The notes under the pieces were generated by a model, which was not told where the DNA came from, made no database searches, and saw only the letters and a program-made list of their open reading frames with translations. The position numbers were made by a program, and so were the translations under genes. A DNA stretch of 63,486 nt, filler included, from Asterionella formosa (lineage: Eukaryota): assembly GCA_002256025.1 (NCBI GenBank). It is 24 parts of 24 records of this genome, joined end to end, with 100 filler letters (N's around TTAATTAATTAA, not from the genome) between each part and the next. Parts side by side here need not be neighbours in the genome. Positions count along the whole stretch, not along the records: positions 13,240 to 38,721 come from NKIB01001959.1; 23 more parts are not named here. One strand, 5' to 3'. Shown here one piece after another: positions 24,007 through 36,200 of the stretch; position 1 is the stretch's first letter; each line of letters starts with the position of its first letter.

Positions 24007-25196
24007 GGGAAACGAACTCAGAAAGCCATTTACGATATTTAGCATTATTCTTGGCTTGCTATTTTAGGATTCGATGGAGCTTTTTTGCTCTTTCTAGCGA
24101 AGTACACGTGGAGCGACAGGATCTACTATGTAACCTACCAGTACTTATGAGGAAAGACGAATCGGACGAGCCAGTTATTGTGTCGAAGTTACTTTCATAA
24201 GTTTTCTAGGGGCTTTTCTGGATTCCACCACCCCATCTGCAAGTCGGAAAAAATTAATTAGAAAGTTATTGGCACTCAAAGTGGCATACCGGCACTATGT
24301 TGTTTCCAGGTGAGCAAGGAGAGTTCGGACTGTCCCAGAACCCCGAACTTCCTGTGGGGACATGGGCTTTTCGACTTACAATGCCCAAGGGCAGGGTTCT
24401 ACAAAATTCATTCACACAGCATTACGAATTCATGTAAAAAGATACTCGGAGTAGTAAATAAATCTGTAAACACCATTTTACATTGTTGCTTGTCTGAAAA
24501 GACGTCGTATGGGGCTTGGTGCTGGTCCCAGGTAATGGGAAGAGTACCTGGGAAAACATGCAGGCGTATCAGGAAGTTGTTGGTTATACAAATGGTCAAA
24601 ATATTCATTCACACATTGAGGACAACATACGTACCGCTTGTTTCTAGACTTGTCGCAGCTACCAGGTACCGGTAGTGGCTATGGTACCTACCGGTATTTG
24701 TACGAGGTACAGGTTCTACGGACCTGCGAGGTCGATAATTAAAATTATTGGATAGTGTCCAGTAAAATGAGTCAGTATTCTACAGTTGGCATGCAGATAC
24801 CGTATGTGATGCTGGGGGGTAAATCAACAATGTCGGGTCTGTGGCAATTACAAATGGTGAACGTAGACAATTATAATGATTGCAAATATATATATGCCCT
24901 CGACAATATATAAAAGAAACCATCCGAATTTGAAAAAGGTAAAATCAGTTCGTGTCTCAGTTATAATGCCGGTAGCCCCACATTGACACAAAAAATCGAT
25001 TATGGAAAGAAAGGAGTCATCAAACCTTGCTTCCACCATATTCAACAGATCAAAGACCATTCTCGCTTCTCGCTTTCAACTTCGTTGTCGACGCTGACCT
25101 CGCGACATTGGGAAAAGTAACGAAGGTCACGACTCTTGGCTGGCTCGATCATAAAGGTCCAACAATTCGAACGAGCTACAAATCTGATCCACGGAA

Positions 25197-25889
25197 ATGG
25201 TCAAAAGGAAGGAGCGAGTGGAACTCCCTTTGCTGGGGAAACCAAGAGAGTTTGGCAATGAAGCTCCCAGAATGATTTCGCAGTCGACAATCCCACGAGT
25301 AGTTAGTCCATCTCGTCCATCATGGTCACAGGATCAACAGGGCCCTTTTGAGAATTTTCAGTCGAACCAACTTGTTGTCACCACGCCTCTAGTTTACAAA
25401 AATTCTACAGAGAAAAGTTCTTCAGACAAAATTCACATATTTCCATCCGATGACAAGTGGCATCACTTAGCTACGAAAAGGACGAGAGTGACCGGAAAAT
25501 GGGATCCTTCGAGCATTGAGTTGGTCTATTCTGAGGTTGATCGCAGATATGGCACAATCAATGAGGTGGTGATGTTTTCTCACATGGTAATGGCGTCTAC
25601 TACCACTGATTCTGCAAGCATCTGCTGTCGCCTTTGCAATGGCGATAAAGTTTTTCAATGCAGCTCTGCTACCTCTGTCTCCAATCATGTAACCAACATT
25701 GCATTTCACTTGATGACTTGTAAAGGGAGCCCCCTTTGGCTCAAACGTCAAATTTGGAACAACCGAAAGCACATTAATGGATGCAGTGTCGCATATTCTG
25801 TTCTTCTCTGGAAGCGGATGCAGGGACATCGCATTTATAAAATGTTGCAAAGCCGCAAAGGTTGTTTTGCTGCCAATAATAGCACATGA
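25197..25889 (+). CDS. Hypothetical protein, 230 aa, with a C-terminal CxxC...HLxxC zinc-binding domain typical of diatom regulatory proteins
   Basis: CCRLCNGDKVFQCSSATSVSNHVTNIAFHLMTCKGSPLWLKRQI...LLWKRM; uninterrupted ORF from ATG. Confidence 0.55.
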   Translation: MVKRKERVELPLLGKPREFGNEAPRMISQSTIPRVVSPSRPSWSQDQQGPFENFQSNQLVVTTPLVYKNSTEKSSSDKIHIFPSDDKWHHLATKRTRVTGKWDPSSIELVYSEVDRRYGTINEVVMFSHMVMASTTTDSASICCRLCNGDKVFQCSSATSVSNHVTNIAFHLMTCKGSPLWLKRQIWNNRKHINGCSVAYSVLLWKRMQGHRIYKMLQSRKGCFAANNST

Positions 25890-26599
25890 CCCCTCTTCCC
25901 CCATCAAGAAGGGAATATACTGGTTAGGTGAAGATTCTTACATACCTGGGTATAATAGTCAGCAGTCTGATACCAAAGAGTAATAATACTTGAGTTGGGA
26001 CTTCTATCAGTCTTATTTTAATTTAGGTTCCTGCATTAGAACCCTTAGCTCAAATTAGGGTTTTAAAAAGTAATCAAACACATACGTTACATAAGTAAAA
26101 TAAATATTTATATCACTACTTGGAGCTTACAACATTGGAAAGCCTTTCCATATGCTAAGATAAAGTCATAAGTCCAAGTATAGAAAATTATGATGAAATG
26201 TTTACGAACATACTATATACTTTATATAATTATAAATCCATTGCATTATGATGACTTAAATAGAGTTGAAGATGTCATCAGACAATCATTCCTTTTGTTA
26301 TTGGCTGGTTCTGTGTTGCAAACGGAGTGACTGATAATGACAAACCAAAAAAGCATTAATTTTGCTGTTACATACTATGAGGAAACTAAAATTAGGGAAC
26401 ATCATATTAACAAAACATATAATAAATAAATAAACATAATCAAAACGGTTACTATAAAAATCATGAAATTAAATTAACATACTTATTTGATAATATTTTG
26501 AAATGATATGATCAGATGATCATCATTAAATGGTTCATTGTGGAGGGGCACAAAAACGGTCAAGGCACACGTTTCTACAACAATATCAAGGTCACCTGG

Positions 26600-27527
26600 G
26601 ATGACACTTGTTGACTAAGCCGAAACTGAAAAAACTCAATCAATGGTATTCATAATGGGCAACATAGGACCTTTCTGAATGACTATAGCTGAACAAGATC
26701 AAAAGCTCTACAATTTTGTACTGGATGCAAGGGCAAACAATCACAAGACAATTCACATAGTAAACAACTAGAAAATGGGTTATAGGCTATGGGTAAGAAG
26801 CAAGAAATAGAGTAGTCAAAGGCTCAAAGACACAACTTACCAATTGAATATATGGAAAATAAACCCAAGGTTTCTGGTGTTGCAGGAACTTTGGGAGTAG
26901 GGATTTATTGATGAACGGAGCTTGGAGAACTATACATTGAATTTCAAGCAAGATGCATTTGGTTTCTTTAAGAATTTTCTTTCAAGCAATGATGGGAAAC
27001 TGTCTTTGTTTTATCGAAAAGAATTGCAGTAAATGGGATTACTTGCTGACCATACACCAACATGTCACTGTGAACTTGCAGGAGAAGGATTCCAATATTT
27101 TTTGAGCTGCGACAAGAATGTCTACCATCACGTTGCTCTGACGAAGAAAAGGGGAAAGGGAACTTCAGGTCTGTGGGTGCAAGAGAGCATCATGTCAAGA
27201 GACAAAATGTTAATAACAAAAATGATAAGACATATTGAAGGTGGTGGGCAAGACAAGCAATATACTATATGTGCATACTTCAGGATTTGGAAAGATCTTG
27301 ATGAATGACAAGATTACAAGATGCAAGCCAGCCAATGTTGACATAGCACATGAAGAGAACCCCATCAGCATTGAGAACCTTGTCAAATGATACAAAACAC
27401 ACTGCTGTGCACTCGATTTCGACACAAGCCAGCCAATGTTGACACAGCACATGAAGAGAACCCCATCAGCATTGAGAACCTTGTCAAATGATTCAAAACA
27501 CACCGCTGTGCACTCGATTTCGACACA
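26600..27527 (+). pseudogene. Degenerate IS630/Tc1-mariner-like transposase (copy 2; C-terminal part)
   Basis: Motifs GPF*MT, KPKVS..LWE*GFIDE, YTL..KQDAFG, HTPTCHCELAGEGFQY (a PKxHxELxxxxE-type motif) and KTHCCALDFD. Confidence 0.6.
27324..27527. repeat. 101-bp direct tandem duplication inside the transposase fossil
   Basis: CAAGCCAGCCAATGTTGAC...TTTCGACA at 27324 and 27425. Confidence 0.9.
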
Positions 27528-27688
27528 ACTTTTTGCGAGTCGACATTTGTCTATGATCTGACATAGCGAACAACAACAAAACAACAAAGCAAACAAGAAG
27601 CAAGCAACAAAATCAACAAACATGAATGGCAACAATAGATCAATGTTACAAACCTTTTGCGGGGAAATGAGAGAAGGGAACATCAATT

Positions 27689-28331
27689 TTACGTGCCCAA
27701 TGAATCACTTGCAAAAACAATTTTTCGTGCCAAGGAAAACTGCCTTGTTTTATATGACCTAGTTAAAATATCATGCTTTATTCGATGTAATTGTCCATTG
27801 ACACGCACTCGTTTCAATTTGTCTTTCAAAAAAGACTCCAAATATCCACCAAAGAAATGAAGAGGCGACCCAAAATTCCTAATCAGATGAGGGTAATGTT
27901 TCATTCCATGAAATTTCGCCATTCGTAAGAAGCCAATTTGAGATATCATTTCTTGTTGGGGACCAATCAGAATCTTAGTAAGTGACATAAACCTCTTGAC
28001 CCTTTCCTTTAAATTATCAATACATGTTGGTGTATACTAAAGTATGAATAAGTGTCATTGAAAGATATACATAGCCATAACAGCAATGTTAAATCCTTCT
28101 AGGTGCATGTTTTCTGAACGCATCATTCCAAGTAACCATTGAAAAAATAGTTACTAGGCATAGTCTAGGGATTTCTTGCCCTGACATTTTTGACAAAGCT
28201 GTCATCCCAGATTTGTATGACAATTTTGGAATATCACGATCGCTTTGCCTTTCCAAATGACTATTGATATATCTAGCACTTTGTTCGAAGTATGGTATAG
28301 TTTCGAAAATACATTTCTGGTGATGGTACAA
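27689..28331 (-). pseudogene. Plavaka-like (CMC-related) transposase remnant
   Basis: RQSDRDIPKLSYKSGMTALSKMSGQEIP and KFHGMKHYPHLIRNFGSP..FFGGYLESFLK resemble the RQSDR..P...F..G and KFH...H....I..FG.P...E motifs. Interrupted by stops. Confidence 0.55.
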
Positions 28332-29460
28332 GTGTTGGGTCTTGATTTTTGCCTGTGTAGATATTTTTGGTAACTGGTGCGTGTGTCCTTTTAATAGTTG
28401 CTAGTGTATAGTAAGCTGTAGCTACTAGATGCGTTTAGATAGAGCAGGTAGAGTAAAATCGGATAACCACAATGGGGCTTGACTCCACAGACAATATCTC
28501 GATGCCTCGCTCCTTGTCGCATTTAAATGTGCATTATTCACATCTATGCGCCATTCTTTGGTATATCATCTTCTACAAGGAGGGATTAGGCCCAAAACAA
28601 TAATTGAATACTTACCTGGGACATACGGAAAACATGCATGTACACATGAAAGAGTGAGTTTTTGATACACATTTCAAAATTCGCTGCAACAACTAAAGGC
28701 GTTATATGTTAACGTCATTTTGGATGGGCCGGCGGTGTAAAATGCATGCTTGCCGGCCTTCCCACTGAAGAAATTTTAACTTTGGCAGGAAACTGACATC
28801 TTGCTTAAACTTAAGCAGGAAACGTCTGCAAATAAAAACAATCATATTCTCATGATGCATCATAGGAATGTGATCATCTGATCATAATTTTTCGTTATAT
28901 CATCTAATAATTTTGATACATGCCCTTGTAATTTAAACACAAACCCTTTTGACTGTGTATATGACATTATTATATGTATAGTTTCTATTAGATTCCTGTA
29001 TTTGAATTTCTTGGTAGGATAATGTACCAGCTAAATTAATGTAATTTGGCTCGTCATTTCCATCCGTCATCACTCCGATTTTGGCAACAAGAAAACGAAA
29101 TACTAGCGATGACAAGTGGAATGATTTTTTGCGATAACATCTTCAATTGTTCGACAAAGAAGAAATCATTCAAACTCGGGATGGTTCCGCACACAGCGCA
29201 AATAGTAAATCCGTTTCGTCGACCCCCAGCATGACAATCTCGCCAATCAGCTTGTAAACAAACACATCCTATTTGTTCTTGCTGACATTTTCAAATCTCA
29301 CATGATACTACATCTACAATTCAGATTCAGCATACAAGGAGATACGAAAATGTAACAGACTACTGTCCACATAGCTATAGTTATAGAATGATTCTGATTA
29401 CAATTTCTTTTTCATGTCGCTCGTTTCTGCATTTGGCATGCTGTACTTGTATTTACTATC

Positions 29461-29898
29461 GAACTTGTCTGCATCTTTGATACCATCAAGAGAGCGAAAG
29501 CAAAGGGCTCTTTTCATTGTTGTTTGCTCGTAGGAAATATTTGATATCCGTTTTGTCATTTGCTTGTTGGAACTGTCCGTTGCCTCAAACCTGCTTAGCG
29601 TGGCTGTGCGTACACACTGCCGACTTGTTTTCATTGGTATGTTGTTCTTATATTCACTTTTGAACTTGTCCGCATCGTTATTACCATCAATAGAGCGACA
29701 AGTGGCTCACTTCATTGTTGTTTGCTCATGGAAACCCGCCTGGTATCTGTATCATCAACAATAGCGGGACAAATATCCTTTGTTATTATCATTGTGGTTT
29801 GCTGCAGGAAAAATTTGATATCCGTATCGTCATTTGCTTTTGGAACTGTCAATTGCCTCAAACCTGCTTAGTGCGTGCGTACATACACTGTCGACTTG
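29461..29898. repeat. Diverged tandem duplication (about 29461-29627 vs about 29662-29898)
   Basis: Shared blocks GAACTTGTC.GCATC, TTCATTGTTGTTTGCTC, ATTTGATATCCGT, TTGCCTCAAACCTGCTTAG and ACACTG.CGACTTG. Confidence 0.75.
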
Positions 29899-30788
29899 CG
29901 TTGTACATTACAGCAGTGACTTAGCTACTAAAGTGCGTGTTATAATATCATACTCCATAGTATGATGCAGAACACAGTTCCCAATCAACATTGAATGATT
30001 GATAAGTTGATAATGTGATATCACGATAGAGTTACATTGATGCATACATCACCAAAATAAACTTTTGTCATGCCAAGACCATGAACCCAAATATCGTATG
30101 ACTTGTTTGGATCATCGTAAGGCGACCATAGAAATCCTGTAACAGAATGGTATAATTTGAGTCTCCAGTACCTGCCTAGTACTAGATCGTAGTAGCATCC
30201 TATCAAAGGATAAATTTATTTATGGAATCCTGTGTTGTATACACGGATCAGTTTTTCGTGAGTTTCAAATGTGTTTGAAAGAATTTTGAGACATGCATCA
30301 TGATCAACACACTTACACACCATGGCGTCATTGTTCCATCATTTCATTGCTGCAAGATTTGCTTGATGGCTGCCCGAATTAATCATTCTTTAGCAAATGC
30401 TTATTGCGCTTGGTAGGCCTGCTTGCAGGAAGTCATTGAATAGTTGATGCAGGTTGAAATGCCCAAGCTAAGCAAGTAAAGAAATAAAGCATGTTTCATA
30501 ATACAAAATTTTTTTTTGTATTTTATTTTTTTGATTTGCTACCACTATCATATTATTTCCTTTTGTCACAATCTTTCCCTTCCTTCCATCATGCCCGCAG
30601 AACTTGGCTATACTCATCAGAACCATGTTTAATGCATGTTTGACAGCATATTGTTCCAACCTTCCGTTCCTCAAACAAATCTCCACTCAATTAGAATATG
30701 ATTTTAATGAATCTGTCAGCGAACCCGAATAAATTTTCACTCTCCACATGTGTTAATATCCTTTGTTATGAATATAGAATCAACAGCT

Positions 30789-30866
30789 CAATACCAGCTA
30801 TGTTGGTTTTCTTTTAAACAAGTGGATCAATACCAGCTATGTTAGTTTTCTTTTAAACAAGTGGAT
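30789..30866. repeat. 39-bp direct tandem duplication
   Basis: TCAATACCAGCTATGTT(G/A)GTTTTCTTTTAAACAAGTGGA x2. Confidence 0.85.
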
Positions 30867-32058
30867 GCAACTCAAATTGTATTACATTTCTCGAGTTGAA
30901 GTGGCTGTCAGTGGACCAACGCCATATCTTGATTTCAAATTCATTGCAATAATCCTACAAATCAAAAGGATAGTATGGTATATGTCCCATTCGTCCTTCC
31001 CTATTTGCAAGCAAGTCTTTCATTGTGCTCAAAACAACATATACATTCACATTTTAAATTATTCGACGAAAACTCAATTGTTTCATTAAGTTGAACTCTC
31101 AGCAGGCCCTAACCGAGTCTCCCTATCAATATAAATCTTAGCTTTCATGATATGACCCTTGTTAAACCGACACAGACCTAACTATTTTATTCGGTTCAAC
31201 TCTCAGTAGACCCAAATCTATTTTTGCTTTCCGTATGAATCATCACTAGTCTTTATCATATAATGATATATTGTCCTCTAAAACACACAGTATGTATGCA
31301 CTTTTCGAACAAGTTGACACAAACCTGACAAACTGTTTGTTTTCGATTGAATGCTCACTGGATCCAAATTGAATTTCCTTTTCCATGTCATTTATTAATT
31401 CTTTGTCATTGCGATACTTTGTCAAACAAAGCTTGAATCAAGTAGAATTGATTGTTTACATAATCTGTCAGCTAGTAACCCCAAATTAGTTTTCGCTTGT
31501 TTACTTCCAGACCGTATGAATTCTTCTTCATTGTGACCATATATCTTCTCCATGCTTGCCCGTGTTCATACAAATTGTTCTTCATGATGACCTAATTACA
31601 TAGCAAATCAAAACAGAAAATTTTGTATTTTTTGGTGCCAGTTACATCTTGCAGGCCAAAACTTTTCGATCTGAATTACTATTTATTGTCATGATGTGAC
31701 ATCATATCAAACACCACCTCGAAATAGCATGACATTGGTACTACTAGCTAGTAACTCAAAATGCTAGTCACATGGTGCAGTGAGTGTGATATGTATACCA
31801 GCAAGTTGTGGTAATTTTGCTGAACTAAGGATTTAGCTGTTTTTATCCCATATCGAATTGTTTATTCAAGCAAAATGACCGCATCGCGTTGTTGTACCTT
31901 CATCCTGTGGTCATTTTCCTAAAACGGACAACGTGTTACCGGACATCGACATATTTTATAACGTATAAAGAATATCTTCTATTCATAGCACGACCCATCG
32001 AAATAAATAGCGGAACTCTTCTAATTGCAAAAACCAGAACACAAGCAGCACCGCATAT

Positions 32059-32137
32059 GACTATGACATCCAGGAACCATTATGAGTTTCAGGAAATTCC
32101 TATAAATTTCAGGAAATGACTATGACTTTCAGGAAAA
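32059..32137. repeat. Four degenerate ~19-20-bp units (consensus approx. CTATGACTTTCAGGAAA)
   Basis: Directly visible, just upstream of the RAG1/Transib-like fragment. Confidence 0.7.
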
Positions 32138-32269
32138 ATTAGTTAGTTTTTATAGCTATTGTGGACTCAATTAAAATGTACTCTGAGTATGGTGACTTGG
32201 CGGTGGAAACAACGAAATGACGATGACTATCACATGGTGATCCAAATATTCTAAACAGATAAATAATGA

Positions 32270-32779
32270 ATGATAATTGACGAATCTGGGAAAGCTGTTG
32301 ACCCCAGAACAGTGACTAATGCTACTGGTAAGAAATTCATTCAGTCACTGCATGAAATGGAGCAGGTTGCATTCGCGGAAGAATTGGACGAATACAACAA
32401 GGACGAGACAAGGATGAGAAACTCGACCCTGCAACACGATTGGATACAGCTGTCAACAATCATCAATGCATTGATGGCGAGAACAAGGCAACAAGACGAC
32501 TTTTCAACAGAGGAGATAGTGGAGTATCACGACCTATGTGGGGATTTCTTAGGGAAGTGGATTGATCAGGCAGGACAGAAGCATGTGACAAACTACATTC
32601 ACATCGTGGAATTCGGACATTTGGTTCATTTCTTCAGTCAACAGGGATGGGAGGCTCTTAACCAAAACAAAATAAAGAAGGTCTACCACAACAATGAAAA
32701 TCACGGAGGGAATGTAGGTGGGCATACAAAGCTCAATCAGGGACACATAGAGCAGGTTTGGATATTCCTTTCCAGGTAG
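32270..32779 (+). pseudogene. C-terminal fragment of a RAG1/Transib/Chapaev-like DDE transposase
   Basis: VTNYIHIVEFGH...SQQGWEALN..KIKK resembles RAG1 TNYFHKTLAH...ASEGNESGNKLFR (zinc-binding His pair and catalytic Glu). Confidence 0.55.
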
Positions 32780-33929
32780 CCATGTCATGTAGAGGACAGG
32801 TTTTGGGGACCGGTTTTTTCTACAAATCAGAATATATACGAGGACGAAAATGTTGAAGATATTGAATATAGAGTAGTCTGCAATTATTAGTATATGAATT
32901 ATTGTGATTTGTTCTACTAGTTTTTATCATGCTAGACTTGCCAAGGCAAGCTCGTTTGCATCAGATGGTGACATCGTCAATACCAGCCCAAAGTTGGGGT
33001 GGTTTTGTTTTCTCAACTGTCAACAAAACACCGTCAATTTTTTGCATACATACAACACTACTTTGATTCCTATTGACAAGACAATCCGCCACTGAAACCA
33101 ATGGTTGGTTGTTGTCAAGGGAGCAAAACTGAACAAATGGTGAAACCACTGTCTGCAAATAAAAACTATCATGAATATAGGATCAAGGGTAATATACGCT
33201 AAGTGGCTCAGGATTTTCACATATATGATAGTTTTTGGATCAAAAATATGATCAATGTATCATATAATTATGATCATGCAGTAAACTTTTACCAAGCTTG
33301 AAGTATGATGATACTATCATAGTTATTATACCATTGCATCATATAATTAGTTAAACATGGTCCTCTGATGTATATACTTTTGTCATACATCTATATTAGC
33401 ATGATCGTAATTCTCATCGATTTCACTGTCTATAATAGGATGAAATGGATCGAAGTTTACAACTATCTTTAAGAATGGTTCTATGTCTCTGTATCTTGAG
33501 TGGCTACAGAATGTTCTACAATGCTCTCATCGCAATGATTGGTGCTTCAGTTTTCACTTCCACCTTCCCCCAAATCCAATTCTGAAGGTTGTTGTAGTAG
33601 TACTGGTTGTCCTGCCGTTGTTCCCCTGCTTTGTTCCATTTACTCCTGACGGATCTGAGTTTGCATTAACGCATTTTCCTATTACTATTGAATCCGTTTT
33701 GTTGTTCCAATCAGCCATACTACCAAAGAGAAGCAATTCATGATTGTTAGCTGTTCATGTTTTGCTTACACAACAATGTGCATTTCGCCTTTATCTTCAC
33801 TTACCACAAATTGAAGAAGTAACTGATGCATATTTCTGTAAAAGAATGTGTCCGTTGAAGATTGAATAAGAAAGTATCGATCAATAAATGGGCTCCAATG
33901 CTGCTGTTCTTTGTAACTGACAAAAACTG

Positions 33930-34147
33930 TTTGTCTACATTGATGGTTGACCACCAAATCAAAAAGGAGCTATTGAATAACTGAAAGGGGACAAGTCATT
34001 CCGTATTTGTAATCCCAACAATTGGTCATCCTGGCATTTGTCTACATTGATGGTTGACCACCAAATCAAAAAGGAGCTATTGAATAACTGAAAGGGGACA
34101 AGTCATTCCGTATTTGTAATCCCAACAATTGGTCATCCTGGCATTTG
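33930..34147. repeat. 107-bp direct tandem duplication
   Basis: TTTGTCTACATTGATGG...CATCCTGGCA at 33930 and 34037. Confidence 0.93.
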
Positions 34148-35584
34148 CTCTTGACATGCCGTGATACTAGTATGCACAGCTTGTTGATTCCGCTCTTCTC
34201 CATCATATTCACTTCTTCTTAGCCGCATGGTGTATCATTGTGTTGTATTGTCACTTCAGTTTTTCGCATCATGTGTTGGTTGAGATCCTTCATTTCAATA
34301 AGTGTATGCAGCATGACAAGGAACATGACAGGCCTTTGCTCTTGACTTACCATCAATTGATCCCGCCCTTCTCCGTAGTCACTCCTTGTTAGAAGTTCTA
34401 AGCCAAAAGTATCATTGTGTTGTATTATCACTTTTGTTTTCCGTGTCATCATGTGTGATGATCCTTCATTTCAGGAGCAAAGTGTATGCATGACAAGGAA
34501 CCACATGAAAACATGATTATGATTTCAAATGTTTCAGCCATGAATACATCTATATAAAGATTTGTAAGTTTAAATGTATATATAATTGAACATTTGCATA
34601 GTTTTAAACACGCTCATTAGTATATGGCACATCCTGTTTATACTTATATCTATTTTGATTATACATAATTCAAATATATACAATGCATGATGTGTTCATA
34701 GTTTTCCATGACCTGTTAAAATTTTTCAATTTGTTTTGTGTCAATTCTTGTACCTACAAGTCAGTGGCTGATTTAATTAAGCCCCTTAATAAACGGGAGT
34801 CATCACCAATTTTTCAAATGGTCGAAATCATACATTTATTTATATAGACACATTGACCAAATACATTAGAAAAATTCATATGGCCTGATGGTAGTACTTT
34901 ATACTTGCTGGGTATTACTTCTATCTTGAGAGTACCACAAAACTGCAGCGGAAAACTGAATATTCTCATGTGTTTAGGATCATTTGATTATATTTTTAAG
35001 ATCAATTAATCCTGATTCCTGAGAATAAATTTTGATCTTTCATTTTCTCATCAATGACACCATATATCATATGATCAATATGTTATGATCAAAGATAAAG
35101 GATGAACAAATCAAAATTTATTGATTAAAGATCATAGTTTATACCGGAGTAGTCGCTCATGCATGCAACCCCCTCCCCCCCTGTATACAGTATGGAAGTG
35201 GTAACCCCCAAGCTACCAAATTTTTATGTCTTGTAAGATCTATCGCAGCATGCATGCATACATGACTCCTAGTACTGGTAAATACAATGCAGAAATGATG
35301 ACCACCAGACTACCAATCCTTTATGTCTTGTAGAATTATCGCAACATGTTTGCATATCTAAGCTATGAAAGGGCGGGATGAGTCATCCATGCACCTGTAT
35401 ATGAAATATAGAAATGATCAAATATAGTCTACAGAAGGAGCAGTGCATCATATATGCTGCCCTGATATTTTAATTTCTATGAAATCTCTTGATCTGTTCT
35501 GCGCTTTTTCGCCACCACAATTGTTTTCATTGGCTGTTTCACTGGACAGCATTCGAATTGATTGCGCTTCGAACGAAGCAATGA

Positions 35585-36200
35585 TCAAAGTCCACCACAT
35601 TGCAGAATGGTAAGTCTCAAAACTATGTATCAGCCAGGCGATTAAATGGGACTGTCTTTTGTGCACCCTTGTTGTGTTTGTACATTGATTTGGCAACTGT
35701 CAACCAAGAGCAGCCATGGTATGCCACCATTTATTGTCTATACGAATTTTCGAATGTGTTCAGCTATGATAACTTGCTCCTAGACACTATCTCACCACCC
35801 TTGTCATAGATTTTTCTTTATCCTTTTGGCTTCACAGGCCCAGGTTACTCAATTCCTTCATCTGCAAGTTCGGCCAAGCAAGTTGGCATCGAGAAAACCT
35901 CAACCCCGATTTTACTCACATGCTTCACCCATTGACTTCTTCCTTGATGAAGTCGAAGTAGCTATATTGACAACGTCAGGTGGCGCAGGCTTGTGTATAG
36001 ATTGATGATGCCGAAAGCATTGCTTCCTTTTACGGTACTAGGTACCTATTTGTCAACATCATTTGGGTCAATCCATTCTTGTTCCTGCAAGACCAGAAGC
36101 AATTATCCCTTTACTTCTCCTCCCAAGAACCTTCATTTCTCTTTCACAATTGTCCTGATGTTTGCAGAGCATTTTTAGTTCCCTTTTGATTTTTCCACTG
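35585..36200 (-). pseudogene. Degenerate IS630/Tc1-mariner-like transposase (copy 3; not visible in the ORF track)
   Basis: The minus strand reads, with frameshifts: KG..L.VLQEQEWIDP, TVKGSNAFGII, DFIKEE, KIGVEVFSMPTCLAELADEGIE*, FETYHSA..DFD. This is colinear with copy 2. Confidence 0.55.
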
